In this document: positions 25,852-40,813 of the stretch, one piece after another
How positions within the stretch are numbered: the first letter of the stretch is position 1
Layout: each line of letters opens with the position of its first letter
From: Flaccisagitta enflata
Taxonomy: Eukaryota
Reading direction: 5' to 3'
Length of the DNA: 64,000 nt
Assembly: GCA_965153355.1 (NCBI GenBank)
Contig: OZ231126.1
Location: 5,766,001 to 5,830,000, forward strand
Notes under the pieces: generated by a model
The model's database searches: none
Told to the model about the DNA's origin: nothing
What the model saw: the letters and a program-made list of their open reading frames with translations, nothing else
Translations under genes and position numbers: made by a program

Positions 25852-25971
25852 ACGAACATACTAAATTGGGAGACAGAAGACAGAATGATACAATCAATAG
25901 TGAGTAAAAGCTGCGGCAGCTCTTAAGAGACCAATTCTGCTACGCGGCAGCTTGCGGAATCTGCATCTCTG
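25554..25971. mobile_element. hAT-like MITE
   Basis: TIR CAGAGATGCAGATTC / GAATCTGCATCTCTG, perfect 8-bp TSD ATCATATC. Confidence 0.9.
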
Positions 25972-27107
25972 ATCATATCTGTTGAAACAAGCTAAAACCA
26001 ATTGTGTCATTCAACCAGTTAAGCCGAAATTGTTTGGCACAGGTTTGTTTTGATTAAGATTTTAACATTTTATAGAAATGATCATGAATTATTGCAGATG
26101 CAATTTAATGCAGTTTATAACAGGAAAAGGAAGGCATAAAAGAAAAGCAATCAAGTAAAATCCAATGAATTGTAACATGACTCAGTGAAGGCTCACAAGG
26201 CCTTCTTCCATATTTCTCAGTTTGGGTATAGTGAGGGATATTGTTCCACTTGTCATGACTACTATCAAGAGACAAGCGTTTATAACAATAACTCTGCTTA
26301 TAGTAACAAATCTATATAAAAATCAGTGAGATTCTGAAACTACTTCGAATTTCTGAGCTACTGCCGCAAACCGTATCTCTCAAGCTCAAGCTGTTTGGAA
26401 ATGACAAGCAAAACAAAATTGACACCCAAAATAAGAAATAGCAAAAATATTACATCTAGATTTCTGCTTTTAGTTTCAAAGTCATTCTTTAAATAGATTG
26501 AAGTTTTTTTCATTTAATTTGACATCCCTGCTGCAAAACTAAACACTTATCACATTTTCCTGCCTGATTTCAGCCCTATTCAATCATTGTGGTTGAAAAT
26601 AAGGCTTAGGGGATCAAATAGGATTGACTGACATGAATGATCTTTAACAATTTTGAAGGAGGGGAGAGTTATTGCATTTATATATCAAACATATTTGGAA
26701 ATGTTTTGAATACCCGTATTCGAAGACTCGGTATCACTTAAAGATGTAAAACTACATAAATAACATATTTGATAGGTTTTTTAAAGATTATTTTTGAATG
26801 GAGTAGCCAACTATAAAAAAAAAAACTAGTATACTCTCTATATAATTTTGCTCTAGATATGGTATTGAAACTCTATCGAGATAAATATGATGAATGAACC
26901 TCTATTGTGATGAATGAAGCACTATTGTGATGAATGAACCACTATTGTAATGAATGAAACTCTTGCATCGCGGGCAAACGCGAAATCGATCCGACTAAAG
27001 ATAATAAAGAAGGCTGCAAAGAAGAGTCTGAAAAAAAATTCCTTTGAAAATAACATCGGAACATCGGCAATTAATGAACACTAAACGGACGGAAATGATT
27101 GCAGAGG

Positions 27108-28420
27108 GATGAGAGAAGAGGAAGGGGAAGAAGGAGAAGAGAAAGGGGAAGAAGGAGAAGTGGAAGGGGCAGAAGAGGAAGAAGAAGGGAAAGGAGAAAA
27201 AGAAGGGGAAGAAGGGGAAGAAGAAGAAGTGAAAGAAGAAGCAGGAAATGAAAGAGATGAAAAAGGAGAAGGAGAGGAAGGAAAAGAAGAAAAAGAAAAA
27301 GAGGAAAGAAAGCAAAAAAGAAAAGAAGAAGGAAAAGAAGAGGAAGAAGAGGATGGATGAGAAAAAGAGGAAGGAGAAGAAAAAGAAGAAGAAAAGGAGG
27401 AGATGAAGATGAGGAAGGTTGATAAGAAAATAAAAGAGAGAATGAAGATGGAAAATGAAAGGAAGAAGAGGGAGAGGAGAAAGAGAAAGGAGAGAAGGAA
27501 GAAAAAAGGAGAAGCAGGGGGATAAGATAAAGAGGGAGCAGCGCAAGTTGAAGAAGAAGCAGGAGAATATGATGAGGATGAGTAAGAAGAAAGGAGAGAA
27601 GGAAAATACGAAAGAAGAATAAGCAGTGAACATGGAGAAGTAGAAGAAGAAGAAGAAAACAAGGCCGGAAACACGGCACCACAGTCGCGGACGATTGGGC
27701 AGGGGCAGTAATGCAAAAAACTGCTCGCAATGCAACAATGTCACGAATCGACTGACCGACGCAGCCCATCACCCTCTCAGTTCTCTCCACGGCTGTAATG
27801 AAATAATGAACCACAAGAATTAAAAATCACTCTGCCTGAAATTATCTGCCTCATTCCAGTCCGCTATCCAAAAAAAAAGTAGGCAACCTTAGTATCGTGC
27901 GCGTTGGTAGGGGAAGGAAGTCAGTCAGTCTCTTGGGCTGGTGCGCGCTAAATATGACAAAAGTGATGGACAGACAGACTAACAGAGGGGTGGACCCATA
28001 CCGACGGACGGATACCGACGGACGGACGGATACCGATGGATAGGCTGATGGACGGAGAAGTGGCTTAAAAAGTCGTAACTAAAAACGCGACTAAAATGAT
28101 GGTAAAACATTAAAGAAAAGGAGAAGAAAGAGGGGAAAGATCATGGTTGAGAAACGGGAAGAAGAGAAAGAATCAGATCAAGAAGAAGAAGAAGAAGAAC
28201 GAAAAGAAGAAGAAGAAGAAGAAGAAGAAGAAGAAGAAGAAGAAGAAGAAGAAGAAGAAGAAGAAGAAGAAGAAGAAGAAGAAGAAGGAGGAGGAGGAGA
28301 AGGAGGGAAGAAGGAGGAGGAGGAGAAGAAGGAAACGAGGAGGAGGAGACGAGGAGAAGAAGAAGAAGAAAGGAAGAAGTAGAAAAAAAAAGAAGAAGAA
28401 AATACGGAGAGGAAGTGAAG
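27108..28420 (+). repeat. Polypurine / (GAA)n low-complexity tracts split by a Helentron-like element (27659-28095)
   Basis: Directly visible. Pure (GAA)n at ~28205-28286. Confidence 0.85.
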
Positions 28421-28956
28421 ATAGGTAAGAGCGGCAGTGAAAGGCTTTCAAGTCTTTATTTTCCAATTTTACACCTTTTAATGAGAAAATTGATCCTGAT
28501 TTGATCCCGCCTCCTTTTATCTCTTTCGTCCCTTTACTTTCGGGGCCTTATCGAACCTTATGTGACTTCTTCCCCCCCCCCCCCACCTTACACTCCCCTC
28601 ACCCTGCCTCATTTGAAAAAGTCAAATATTCGAAGACCCTTCAATTTTTCGCTGGGTGCAGGCGACTCTACCCCCGCTTTGTCCATCCGTCCGTCCGTCC
28701 GTCGGTCCGTCACACTTTTACTTTTTTTATCAATTTTATTTCTTTAAGTCATTTAGTGTCATTTAAGAGTATGCTGAGTCATTCTAAGTCATTCTAAGTC
28801 AATCTGTAAGTCTCGCACCCGACTAATGGGTGTTGGCCTTGTTTTATATCAACGAAGAAATGACGTTTTCCTATTTTTTACAAGTAGTTGTGGGCAAGTT
28901 GATAAACTTGAGAAGCTGACAATATTAAATTTTAAATCTCATGATTACACATTTGC

Positions 28957-29085
<129 letters not shown>

Positions 29086-31371
29086 CACACACATAAACAA
29101 ACAAATACCATATTTCCTGTCAATAATTACAGAAAATAGAATACAACCACGATCATTTCAAAACCTGAAATAAACAACTTTTCTCCTACCGCGAGAGTCT
29201 TCTTTATTGGTAATTTCGTCTTCACACCCCCCCCTCCCTCCCTGATGTTTCTCTTCTAATTTCCTCACGTCAAGTCTACTTCCCTTCACTCTCTAGGAGT
29301 CTAGTTCTCCTCCATCTTCCCCCTCTCTCGTTTCTCAACTTCATTATTCATCTACTTTTCTCCAGACAATACCCGAATTTGTTTCTCTCCCTTCTGTTGT
29401 CTTCATTACCTTCACCCACTTCCCCCTTTTCCTCCGGGCTTTTTCTTGCCCCCTCTATAATCATTTAAATTTCACTTTTCTTTCGCTTTAGAAAGGAAAC
29501 ATTTCCCACCCATTCTCTTATCTGCCAAACCTTTTCAGTTCTTCCCTAATTCCCTTCTCCCTTCTTCCCTAACCCCCAAATATTTTTCTCATTCCGACTT
29601 TTCCCCTCACTCCGAATAATACACATTCTCTCTCGTTATGTCTCTCGGGGATAATTGAGAATATTCTTACACTGATTAATCGCTATCTTTCATTTCATTA
29701 TCTTCGAAAAATCTCCTACTTCTAGATTCTATCTTTTGATGGTTATCCGAAGATCTATTCTAGATCTAACTTAATGTGATCCATACCTTTCACCCTAAGT
29801 GATACTTTGTTTCCACATAGATCCTTCCACCCCATCCTCAATTTTCCCCGAGACGATAATTTCTCCGTCTGTTTCTCGGTCTGAATGTGCGTCCCTTTTC
29901 TCCCCCTTTGGGCAGCGGCCCCAATGGAGTGTCTCATCCTGCTCCAGTTACCATCACAGTTGGGATTTTATCAGACCTTAATTCAATCCTCTAGGGCTTA
30001 GAACATGTGCAATCAAATCTCAATTCAGTTTTATAACGCTTATCAGGCCCCAAATTTGGCTACACATGTTTTCCTCTTTCATCCCATACTAAATTCATGA
30101 ACATGCAGGGTACGGGTACCCTTGGCCTGTCTGTCTACATTACTCTGTTTTCTCCCTAGGTATTTTTCATCCTTTTTTCCCATCCCAACCGGGCCTTTCA
30201 CCTAAGTCTATATCCTTCCGTTTCCTTTCTCTTCGCTCCTTCATCAGCGCGCAGACCCGAACTTACTTTTTTTTATAAGAACCTAGTTTATAAGAACATC
30301 AAGGCTTTGAATAGCCCCAAAATTAAGAACATCTTGAAAACATACGAAGGCTTCAAATCTCAAGAAAAATTTTTTGCTTACGTTAATATTTAAAAAACAT
30401 TAGAAAAACACTTGAATTTTAGTATAATTAAGACAATATTTTATAATTCTTAAATAAATATTATAAAAATATCCCCAGACTTTAATGATTGGCATTTGTT
30501 TTAACAGTATTTATTGAATATATATTTAATATAATTCAAAATAAGAACATGAAGCCTTTGAAAAAAAAATGACAGTCTTATAAAAAAAAAGAGTGTATTG
30601 GTAAGGCAAAAAATCCCCTCTCGCCTTTTACCCCCTCCCTGCCCCTTTACGCTTTCGCCTTTTACTCCTTCTCCCCCCTCTCGCCTTTTACCCCATCCTT
30701 GCCCATTCACCGCTTTTGCCATTAACCCCTTTCTCTCCCCCTCCCCCCCTCTTTTAAGCTTCGTGATTCAGGTGTGAAACACAAACCGAGTCGTCCAAAT
30801 TCGGTAACCGCCGAATACCGAAGAATAATGAAGCAGCAATTATTTACATGCATACGATAGACTCGGATAGAGTGAAACAGGTAAGATGATAATTGGTAGA
30901 ACAAATGAGAATCATGTCTGTCTCTTCAGGCTCTATAATTTGGTGGCGGATGGGAGTCCCCTTAAAATATTCGCCTTTCTACAATATGATTGTTTACATG
31001 ATTCGTCTGAATGATCGTTTACAAGTGGACGGGGTTTCACGTCTCGGAGGATAAACAAGGCCGGATACACTGCTACCCTAGTCGTGCGGGTGGCCGGTGG
31101 GCAGGAGCAGTGCTGGAGAAGATGACTAGGGTTTCTGGGCAGAAATGCAGAAGCAGTGACCTCAAAAAGCTCAAAAGCGCCGAAAAAAAAACGGGGACCG
31201 ACCGACCAACCAACCAACCGACATAGGCTCATAGCGGGGTGAAGAGTCGCGTAGCCACGCGACTAAAAAAGAAAGATTTCTTCCCTTAACGCAATCCATC
31301 TAGTCCTTTCAGTCCTTTGTCCTACATTAAAACTTCTTAAACATCTCGATAGTAATTAAAATCCGTAACAA

Positions 31372-31405
<34 letters not shown>

Positions 31406-32011
31406 ACCCACCCGCTTTGAATTAAAGTCCGCGCCGGAATGATGTTCCGACGCGCGACGTAGACAAAAACGATGAAGGGGAAGGCCGCGTAATCGACGTA
31501 ATCGACGTAAATCGGCAATCGATCAAAAACACACAAAATCCCTTCGTCATACACACACACTCAGATACAAATCGCCCCACAAAAAAAAAGGCTTTTCGCG
31601 CCGCCCATCTTTCAATTTTCCCTGATTGATCTTCGAAGTGATCGACTGATCTACAAACTGCCCCTGAAAGCCGACGAAGGCCACCTTCGAACCCTTCGCA
31701 GCCATATTGTATCATAATTAAGGACGAAATGACGTGGTTTTACTTAATGGATATGGATATAGTTATAAATGGAATACAATAAGCAGCCATCCTGCTTCAA
31801 TGACGCAAACAGCGTGATTTTCGTGTTATAGATGTTCTTGTTTAAGGCCCATCTTTACGCGAGTATCAGGATAGCCTAGTCATGAAAGTTGGACAGCATT
31901 ACTTTTCCAAACTAGGTTGAGGACAAGTGCCTTTGGAATTCTCAATGATGTTTCATCAGGACCCATCACAACAGCCCTTTGTTATTTATCCTTAGTTATA
32001 ATACGCCCTAG

Positions 32012-34118
32012 TAGTGTTCGCAAAAGCAGTGGATTTTTTTTCTGCTAGCAGAAAGCAGAAAAAATGTTTTTCTGCTAGCACTGCTAGCACTGCTAGCAGT
32101 AAAGAGCAGTAATATACGTATATATAAACTAACTGTTATGGCCTATTACCAACCAAAAATGATTAAAAACTACCAAAGAAGAGAGAGTGTAATGGACTTT
32201 TAACACATTGCATCAAATGAGGCAACAACAAGGCGTGCAACAAGACCAGATACAGTTAGGCTTCACTAGAAGGCATCTCATGGGACTGGTTGATTTCATG
32301 CCTTCTAGGCGGGGTGCCTTATAGCCGAGCATGTATATTTTTACACCATATTGAATACATAAGGCTCAAATATGCTTTACTTATTCTTTCTTTTGGTTTG
32401 ATGCACAATTAGAAAGGCATAGATGGATGCTTTGAAGTGGCAACAAAAAGAATTTGGATCTTATATTACTTTTTTGCAAAAAGTAAACTGTCTCACTGTT
32501 ATCATTACTTATAAATCAGCTCGCTACCTGACAAATGAGACTAGAAAAGTGACCGCTTTGCTTGAAAGATATGGAGAGATCAGAGTGTGTCAGAGTGTGT
32601 CACTTTTATTGATTTTAAAACTTGTATGGTAGCGGCCGGTCTTAGATCTATTTCTCTAAAGACAAAAAGTGGTTGAAAATGTTATTCACACACTAACATG
32701 GCATCATTGATCTATTATTGGCATGCAGTCATGGGTTAATCAACCTTTCACTCCTCCTTTTCTCCATAATTTCCCTCCTCTTTCTTCATCATAATCAGCG
32801 ATGTTCCTTTTCATCACCGGTATACCTCTTCATCATCGTTATCACTCGCTTTGGTATTTCTTTTCCGTCTTTTGCTTTCTCTCCCACCCATAGCTTATTC
32901 ACTTCCTCATCCTCAAAACACTTCGTTTATCAGATGCCTTCAAAGCGAGCAAAATATTCACCAAAAACCCCCTTTTTCATACGCTATTGTGAAATTTGCC
33001 TAATAGGCGGGTGCCTTATATGCGGGGCTCATCAACAAAGGAATTAAGAGAGAAAAGTTGGGACTTTTCAAATCATGCCTTGATGCGAGGGATACCTTAT
33101 TAGCGGGTGCGCTCTAGCGAAGCTCGACTGTACATAACACCATTGTCTTGAGTGGCTAGGCAGGGATAGTTTACTGTTATTACAATGGAAAAAAAAACAT
33201 ACAATTCAACAGTGATACCAACCGACAGACCAAGCAACTGACCAACAGACGATGTGTCCTGTGTATGCAAAAAAAAAAATTGAATATGGAGATGGATGTT
33301 TCAGGAAGGAGAGAGTTTCAGTATCTTGCCATCATTAGTCCATGAGGAGCGTGAGGAGGTGCCCAGATGGATATGGTCTTTATTGGGCCACCATATTTAG
33401 CAGGAATTTTCTTGTGGTCTGCATATCTCAGGACAGGAATTGGTTACCCTTTTCAAAATGACACATTACTTTTTGATTTCTCATGATTGATTGATTGATC
33501 TCTGCAGTGGGAGTATTTTCTAAGAAAGGTTAGTACCCAGTAAAGGGTCCAGATTAAGGCTCTTGTCTTTAATTAAGTAGTTTTGGTGGTTATGTTATCC
33601 AACTTTCACTACAATCATTTGGTTTTCAATGAATAATAATGGAGAAAGCCATAACTTTTAGGTGGCATATTGTATGAATTACTTTTTCAGCAATCATTGC
33701 AATAAGCATCTCTGCACTAGATTCACATTCCTCCTCTTCCAGAGTTGTTGTTGGTTTAGCTGAAAAAGTGTTTTGTGTATTCTTGAGTCCAATAGATATT
33801 TCCAATTTTGCATGTCTCTTTGATTCAGGTTGTATCCCATCAGTTCAAGGTAATTGTCATGAACAACCTTTATATACATATGTATGAAATCATCATTTTC
33901 TGAAGATTTTTTTTATCATTTAAATAGAAAAAGAGAACAAAAGAAATCTTTGTAGATATTTGATTTAGATTTTTACCGGAAAATGGACAGTAAAGTATCA
34001 AAATATTAGAATTTTCACTGCTACTTATTGCTAGCAGCTGAAAATTTTCTGCTAGCAGAGCAGTTTCAAATTACTGCTAGCAGCTCTGCTAGCAAATTGC
34101 CTGCTCGTGCGAACACTA
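32012..34118. mobile_element. hAT-like non-autonomous element
   Basis: TIR TAGTGTTCGCA / TGCGAACACTA, TSD CGCCCTAG / CGCCCTGG, subterminal CTGCTAGCA motifs at both ends. Confidence 0.85.
32253..33130. mobile_element. pogo/Tigger-like MITE nested in the hAT element
   Basis: TA|CAGTTAGGCTTCACTAGA ... TCTAGCGAAGCTCGACTG|TA. Sister copy at 46362-47220. Confidence 0.85.
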
Positions 34119-35920
34119 CGCCCTGGCATCTTTATATGAGTATGAGCATTGCATTACATTGTACAGCTTAGTCAGTTTGTCTGTCGAGCTCCCGAAACCG
34201 GCCTAACTGAACATTTTTCTCTCACGCAGTTGATTTTTACTTAATTTTGCATGCGTCATCGCGTCTTGATAAGAAAGTGTGTCCGTAGATAGTTAGGTCC
34301 ATCTGTGGGTAGATAAGTGCATCGGTAAGGCAAAAATATTTCAACGGTATTTTGAGGGTATTCTCTTGAATTTTTCATTTTCTCGACGTAATTTTGAGGG
34401 TTTTCTTTTGAATTCTTGATCTCTTACATTATCTTGTATCTCAAGAGGACGGATCTACTAGACATCTCTTGGCCTTGTTTCTTTCTTTTTTCCATCGAGA
34501 AAATAATGTAACCTTTTTTAAAATCTCAGTTTGGAGCTTGAATAGGAAGGATGAGGATTAAGGATGAGTAGAAAAAGACTTCAACCCAAATAACATCTAT
34601 CAAATGAATCTATTTGCCGTACCACTCATTGGAGATCCTTTCCTTTCATGCATTTAAAGCGATTAAATGACCACACGCGAGTTGAGCACACAATCTCTCT
34701 CTCAATTGGTTGATAAACCATCTCTGGAACAAAAAGGGGAAAAAAGAAGAATTGTTAAAAGGTGAAAAAAGGGAGGAAAAGAAAAAGAGAAAGAGAAAGA
34801 GAGAAAGAGAGAGAGAGAAAGAGAGAGAGAGAAAGAGCCCGGCTAAAATGAGCGATTGCTTCAGCAGAAAAATGATCGACAAATCCAGGTTCAATTTTGA
34901 AAAGGGGAAAAAAAAGAATATTATGAATTGGAAAAAAAGGTAAAAAGACGAAAAAAAGATGCATAGCTAACATGGTCGCGTAGTGGACAGATGGTAATTT
35001 GTTCTCAGCTGTAAAAGAACGCAAACAAAACGTAAAAAAAGAGGAAAAATACCAAGAGAACAAAAAAAGGAAAGGAAAAAAAAGAGAGAATGAAAACTAC
35101 AAATGGTTCTTTTTCGTTTTTTCGTGAACGAAATAAAGCATTGTTTTTGTTTGTTAGAGCAAGGCCAACACCTTACAGTCGCGTGCGGTTGTAAAGACCA
35201 TAAGACCAAAAGATTAAATGACTAAAAGACTAAAAGACTAAAAGACTAAAAGACTAAAAGACTAAAAGACTAAAAGACTAAAAGACTAAAAGACTTAAAA
35301 ACTAAGAGACCAAAAAACCAAAAGACTAAATGTAAATTGTCTTGAAATAACTTGAAATGACTTAAAATGACGTAAAATGATATAAAACAATGTAAAAAAA
35401 CTAAGTGTGACGGACCGACCAACAGACAGACGGACAGAGCGGGTCATAGAGTCGCGTAAACGCGACTAAAAACATCCAATGCTGCGACTTGTTCATGGTG
35501 ATTTTATCTCCATATTTCGAAAGATTCTTATAAGTCGCGGACTAGAGACACTATATGAGGCTTTGTCCCTCCGCTGGTCTGTCCGTCCATCCATCCATCG
35601 GTCAGTTTGTCTGTCTGTCCGTCAGTCCATCAGCAGGGTTCAGTAGAAAGAAGTCTTAGATGCTTTTTGGGTGTGTGTTTGAGCGGAGTAAGGTGTGGGT
35701 GGGGGTTGGACGCCCCTGTCCCCGCGTTACTTGTTTTCAGAGACCCGTGAGTGATTTTTCTTGATGCCAAGCACATTTATTGACCCAAAGTCGACCTTGC
35801 TTTTATTTCAAAGAGAATGTTTATAAACAATCTCCCTGAAACTCTTTTAAATTAAGGAGCCTACAAGATGAAAAAAAAATTTAAAAGGGAGCTCTGGAAA
35901 AAAATACAGTGAGAGAGACT

Positions 35921-36019
<99 letters not shown>

Positions 36020-37305
36020 AGACTTGGGGGGGTTTCTCCACACTCTAATCTCTGTCAAGAGAGAACTAAGCATCTGCGAGTAAAAAAAGACTCTTGCGTC
36101 CGTCATTTTTGACTTTCATGGCCCGTCTATAGCTTTATAGGAATTTTACAGTATTCCACGGCAAAAGTGCCGATCGGATATAACAGAACGTGGCTGGGGA
36201 ATCACCTAACAAGTGTGTGGAGTATCCCTCGGCTATATCGTCACTTGGTTACGCCGTGATGAGCAATATTCTCACACTGCAATGGAAATAGTCTCGTTGA
36301 AAATGTAAATAGAAGCTCTTATAAGTTCTTTGTACGCAAAACGCTGTCTTCCTAGAGTTTAAATAAGTCTGGGGCTAGTTTTGTTTACAAATCATAATCA
36401 ACATCTACATTTCTTTTCTTTTGATATTCATTAAGTAATATGCTGTTTGTATGATCAGTTGTGTGCTCTGTCTTTACAAAAAAAACAAACCATTCATAGC
36501 AACCAGTAATATTCACCTGGAAACCGATGCTTTTAGCGAACTTAGACCCAACAGACACAGTACAAATTTCAAGACCTCAAATCACACTGTGAATGAAGAA
36601 TTTTGCTAGGTCGTCTTTGGGTAGACAAAAAATACAAAGCTGTTGTTTGTTGAGACATTTCAATAACAACTTTTTTTAATAAATCTCTCCCCTGAATTTC
36701 TTCAGTCTTCAAAAATCCCCAAAAAAGTTTTTTAAGTTTCAAATGCCGCATCATAAAGAAGGAGAAGAATTGAAGGAAACAAGTAACGCGGGGATACAAT
36801 ATTGTTGCGGACGGGTGGGCAGGAGCATACAACCCCCTCCCCCCCCCCACACACACATATACAAAAATGCGATTTTTCCCACTTTTTTAGTCGCGTGCTA
36901 CGCGACTCTACACCCCGCTTTGTCCGTCGGTCGGTCGGTTGGTCGGTCCCCATTTTACTTTTTTTATGTTTTAACGGTCTTTGGCCTCACTGCTCCTTGC
37001 CAAATGCTTCAGTAACTCAAATACTGCCCCTGCCTACCCGCACGCGACTAAGTTAGCCGTGTATCCGGCCTTGTTTACTTGAATATCACAAACGAACACA
37101 TGGACAGATGTACAAATGGACAAACCCTCTTATAGCGTTGCAAGTTTGTTTCCAAAAATGAAAAGATGCTAAACTTTATCTTGATAAAAACACATGACCG
37201 TTGGTCCGGCAGTTCATATCTTCATGCGAATGACAGTCCATACACACCTCGGTGATGTTGGGCAGGAGCCGTGCTTAAAAAGCCATATGTGCCATTGGGC
37301 ACAAG

Positions 37306-37492
<187 letters not shown>

Positions 37493-38147
37493 TAATCTGA
37501 TAAAAGCAACCATTTGAAAAGCAGGAGCATCTTGAGTGCCGCATCATCGCCACAAACAATTTTTACAATCATTTTTCACTACATTGACGTGGTTGTCTCG
37601 AGTGAGTTACACCAACAACAACAACGACGACGACGACAACAACAACAACAACAACTCCTCGATGCTTTTTCTGCCTCATCACAGGTCAAGTCATGTTACT
37701 GCCTTCCTCGTCGATTAATTTCTTCTCTTTTAAAAGAAACATTATCTCATTTTTTCTACTTTTTCTTAGATAATATTCTCTTCAGGATTATTTGCTTCCA
37801 TTTTCGGTCAATCTGATCTTAACTTGTAAATGTGCGCAAAACTTGTCTAAACAAGCGCAAAACAGGATAAAAGTAGTGGATGTTAGGGCAGGGGCAGTGC
37901 TATAGACTAAAGTACCACAAAACTAAGTACCACAGTATTTCACACCTACATACCTTACAATGACCTTAAACACCATAAACAACTTTTGGGTGTCAGGGTT
38001 TCACCCGGATGGATGGACGGACAAAGCAAAGTGTAGATTAGCGTGTCCGCGGCAAAAAAGTAGCGATAGCGCGCATTTTCTGTAAGTACTGTACATATCG
38101 ATGAGCGTTCAAGCTATCCCACACTCCCACAGTCAGGCGCAAAGGTT

Positions 38148-38458
38148 TTTAGATGCGTCCTCGCATCTCTATAAGAGGGTCTGTCCGTCCGTCCGTCCGT
38201 CCGTCCGTCCGTCCGTCCGTCGGTCCGTCCATTACGCTTTCTTGGAAATCGCGTTTTTCGGCTGTTTTATGTCTCGGTGAGATCCTATACTGAATCAAAT
38301 GATCGACAAACATATTTTTAGAGCCTCCTTTGCTACTCAGTCGTTCATCTGTCAGTTCGTCCATCTGCCAGTTCGTCCATCTGTCTCTCTATTCATGTCA
38401 CATGTTCAATACACGCAGAGACACAGTCCGGACGCATCGTTGCCCGGTCGGGCTTGTT
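38148..38458 (+). mobile_element. Helentron/DINE-like element (AGATGCGTCCTCGCATCT family)
   Basis: Terminal hairpin, (GTCC)n, subterminal GGACGCATC, GCCCGGTCGGGC hairpin, CTTGTT end. Relatives near 5668, 22725-23122, 34250, 54470. Confidence 0.75.
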
Positions 38459-38689
38459 CCTACTTTTACTAGGCTTCTGTCTTCTCTTAGCGTTTGAGTT
38501 CAACCTGGCTTAAGATTAATCCAAAACAGGCAGACTAGGTACATGGGAAGATACAATCGTTCCATTCAGGAACACATGATCATTTTAATTGAATAGTATG
38601 AACAGTATGAACACATTTTGGATCAATGAAACCGCATTCAATGTACATTTGATCTTCAGCGATCTAAACAGTGTGGACACATAGCGTCA

Positions 38690-39003
38690 GTGCAAACACA
38701 TTCATTTGACAGTATGAACACATTCTGTGTCAGTGAAATCACATTCATCAGACATTCGACTTTCGATCTCCGGCGATGTAAACGGTGAAAACACAGCGTC
38801 AGTGCAAACACATTCATTTGACAGTATGAACACATTCTGCGTCAGTGAAATCACATTCATTTGACAGTATGAACACATTCTGTGTCAGTGAAATCACATT
38901 CATTTGACAGTATGAACACATTCTGTGTCAGTGAAATCACATTCATTTGACAGTATGAACACATTCTGTGTCAGTGAAATCACATTCATTTGACATAATG
39001 AAC
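38690..39003 (+). repeat. 41-bp minisatellite (CACATTCATTTGACAGTATGAACACATTCTGTGTCAGTGAAAT-like)
   Basis: Directly visible. Resumes at 40814 after an insertion. Confidence 0.88.
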
Positions 39004-40813
39004 ACTAACAGGGTCCAGAAATGTATAAAAAGCATGATCCAATGTGATCCACTTGTCACAAGACCTATTAAAGGGTGGGGTATCAGCTCAGTCCGTCAAA
39101 AATTTTCTCTGGTCAAGATTTGGGACGCTACATATCTCAGGTCAAAAAGCCATATGAGGTCAAAATTTTGAAATGGGAAATTTGAAAATCTGATTGTAGA
39201 TTTGAAATCCTTGCAAAAAATTATAATGTAAAAGTGTCTTTCTTTTTTTGATATTCCAACTAGAATAAGGTCTAATCTGACGTCAAAGGTAATATTCAGG
39301 TCAAAATTGCTCTTTTGTTTAAAATTTAGTGTATTTTAATGTTTGACGATAATGTTGACTATGTTTCAGATGGAATATCAAAAAATCTGAACAGTATCTG
39401 GGTCCGCGAAAGAGGGGGGTTAAAGATCACCAACTCCATAAGATCACTATGACCAAAAGATCACTAACCCTGAAAGTTTGCTAAAACTATCAGTCTTACA
39501 TTTAGAGTCTCCATACAAAGTTTCATGCAAATCCATTGAAAAATGGCAAAGTCATGCACATTATTCACTTTTAGGCTAGTAGGGTGGTTGGGTGGTAAGC
39601 TGGTTTGGATAAATAGTGTGCATATGTCTTCCATTTAGAGACTCCATATCAAGTTTTAACTAAATTGGTAGAAAAATGTCCAATTATGCAAGTTTTTTAC
39701 TTATGGGCCAGTAAGCTGGTTGGGTGGTAGGTCGGTTTGGCCGGTTGGCATACTCAAACGTAAATAAATCACATACATATGTTTAGTCCCTCCATTTAGA
39801 GACTCCATACCTAATTTTAACCAAATTGGTTGAAAAATGCCAAAGATATGCACATTTTTCACTTTTAGGCTGGTCGGGTGGTAAGCTGGTTTGAAAGGAT
39901 AAATCGTGTGCATATGTTGAGTTCTTCAATTTAGAGACTCCATACCAAGTTTCAACCAAATTAGTTGAAAAATGACAAAGTTATGCAAGTTTTTCATTTT
40001 CAGGTCGGTAGGCTGGTTGGGTGGTAGGTCCGTTTGTCAGGTCAGCATGCTCAGATGCATATAAATCACGTACATATGTTGAGTCCTTCCATTTAGAGAC
40101 TCCATACCAAATTTCAACCAAATTGGTTGAAAATTGCCAAAGTTATGCATGTTTTTCACTTTTAGGTCGGTAGGCTGGTTGGGCCGGTTGGGTGGGTCGG
40201 ATCACAAAAATTGGATAGGATGTAAAGCGCCTTACCCTAGTTCAACTTCCCACCAATTATAAACCAAATCGGTCAAAGCATAAAAAAATACAGTTAAACC
40301 CCACTCTAACGGACCCGCCGCCAGCGGAATTTCACCTACCATAGCTATAAATTCATAGTCCCTTCAACCTAATTTCTTTTAATTCCTTTGTTGGCAATAA
40401 CAGAAGTCTGCCTACAACAGAAGAAAAAACGTTGGTACCCTAAAATCCGTTAGAGCGGGATTCAACTGTATTCATTTTTTAAAATGATCACAACGACAAC
40501 AACAACGACACCCACCCGCCTTGAATTATACTCCGCGTCGGAATGATATTCCGTCCCGGACAAAAAAGAAAGGCACATTCTTGTTACGGTTTTTTTGCAA
40601 GGATTCCAAATCTGCAATCAGATTTTCAAATTTCTTATTTTGAAATTTCGACCTCATCTGGCCTTTTGACCTGAGATATGTAGCGGTAGCGTCCCAAATC
40701 CTGACCTGAGAAAATTTTTGACAGACTGAGCTGATTCCCCACCCTTTAATTGGTCTTCTGACAAGTGGATCAAATTGGATCATGCCTTTTATACATTTCT
40801 GGACCCTGTTAGT
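39004..40813. mobile_element. TIR element (~250-bp TIRs) inserted in the 41-bp array, with nested elements
   Basis: ACTAACAGGGTCCAGAAATG ... CATTTCTGGACCCTGTTAGT, flanked by ATGAAC on both sides. Contains a ~120-bp tandem region and a TA-flanked MITE near 40292-40468. Confidence 0.8.

Noticed and set aside
26995..28466. 200-250-aa Phe/Leu/Ser- or Glu-rich ORFs
   Set aside because: Artefacts of polypurine/polypyrimidine tracts lacking stop codons. No splice-consistent gene context.
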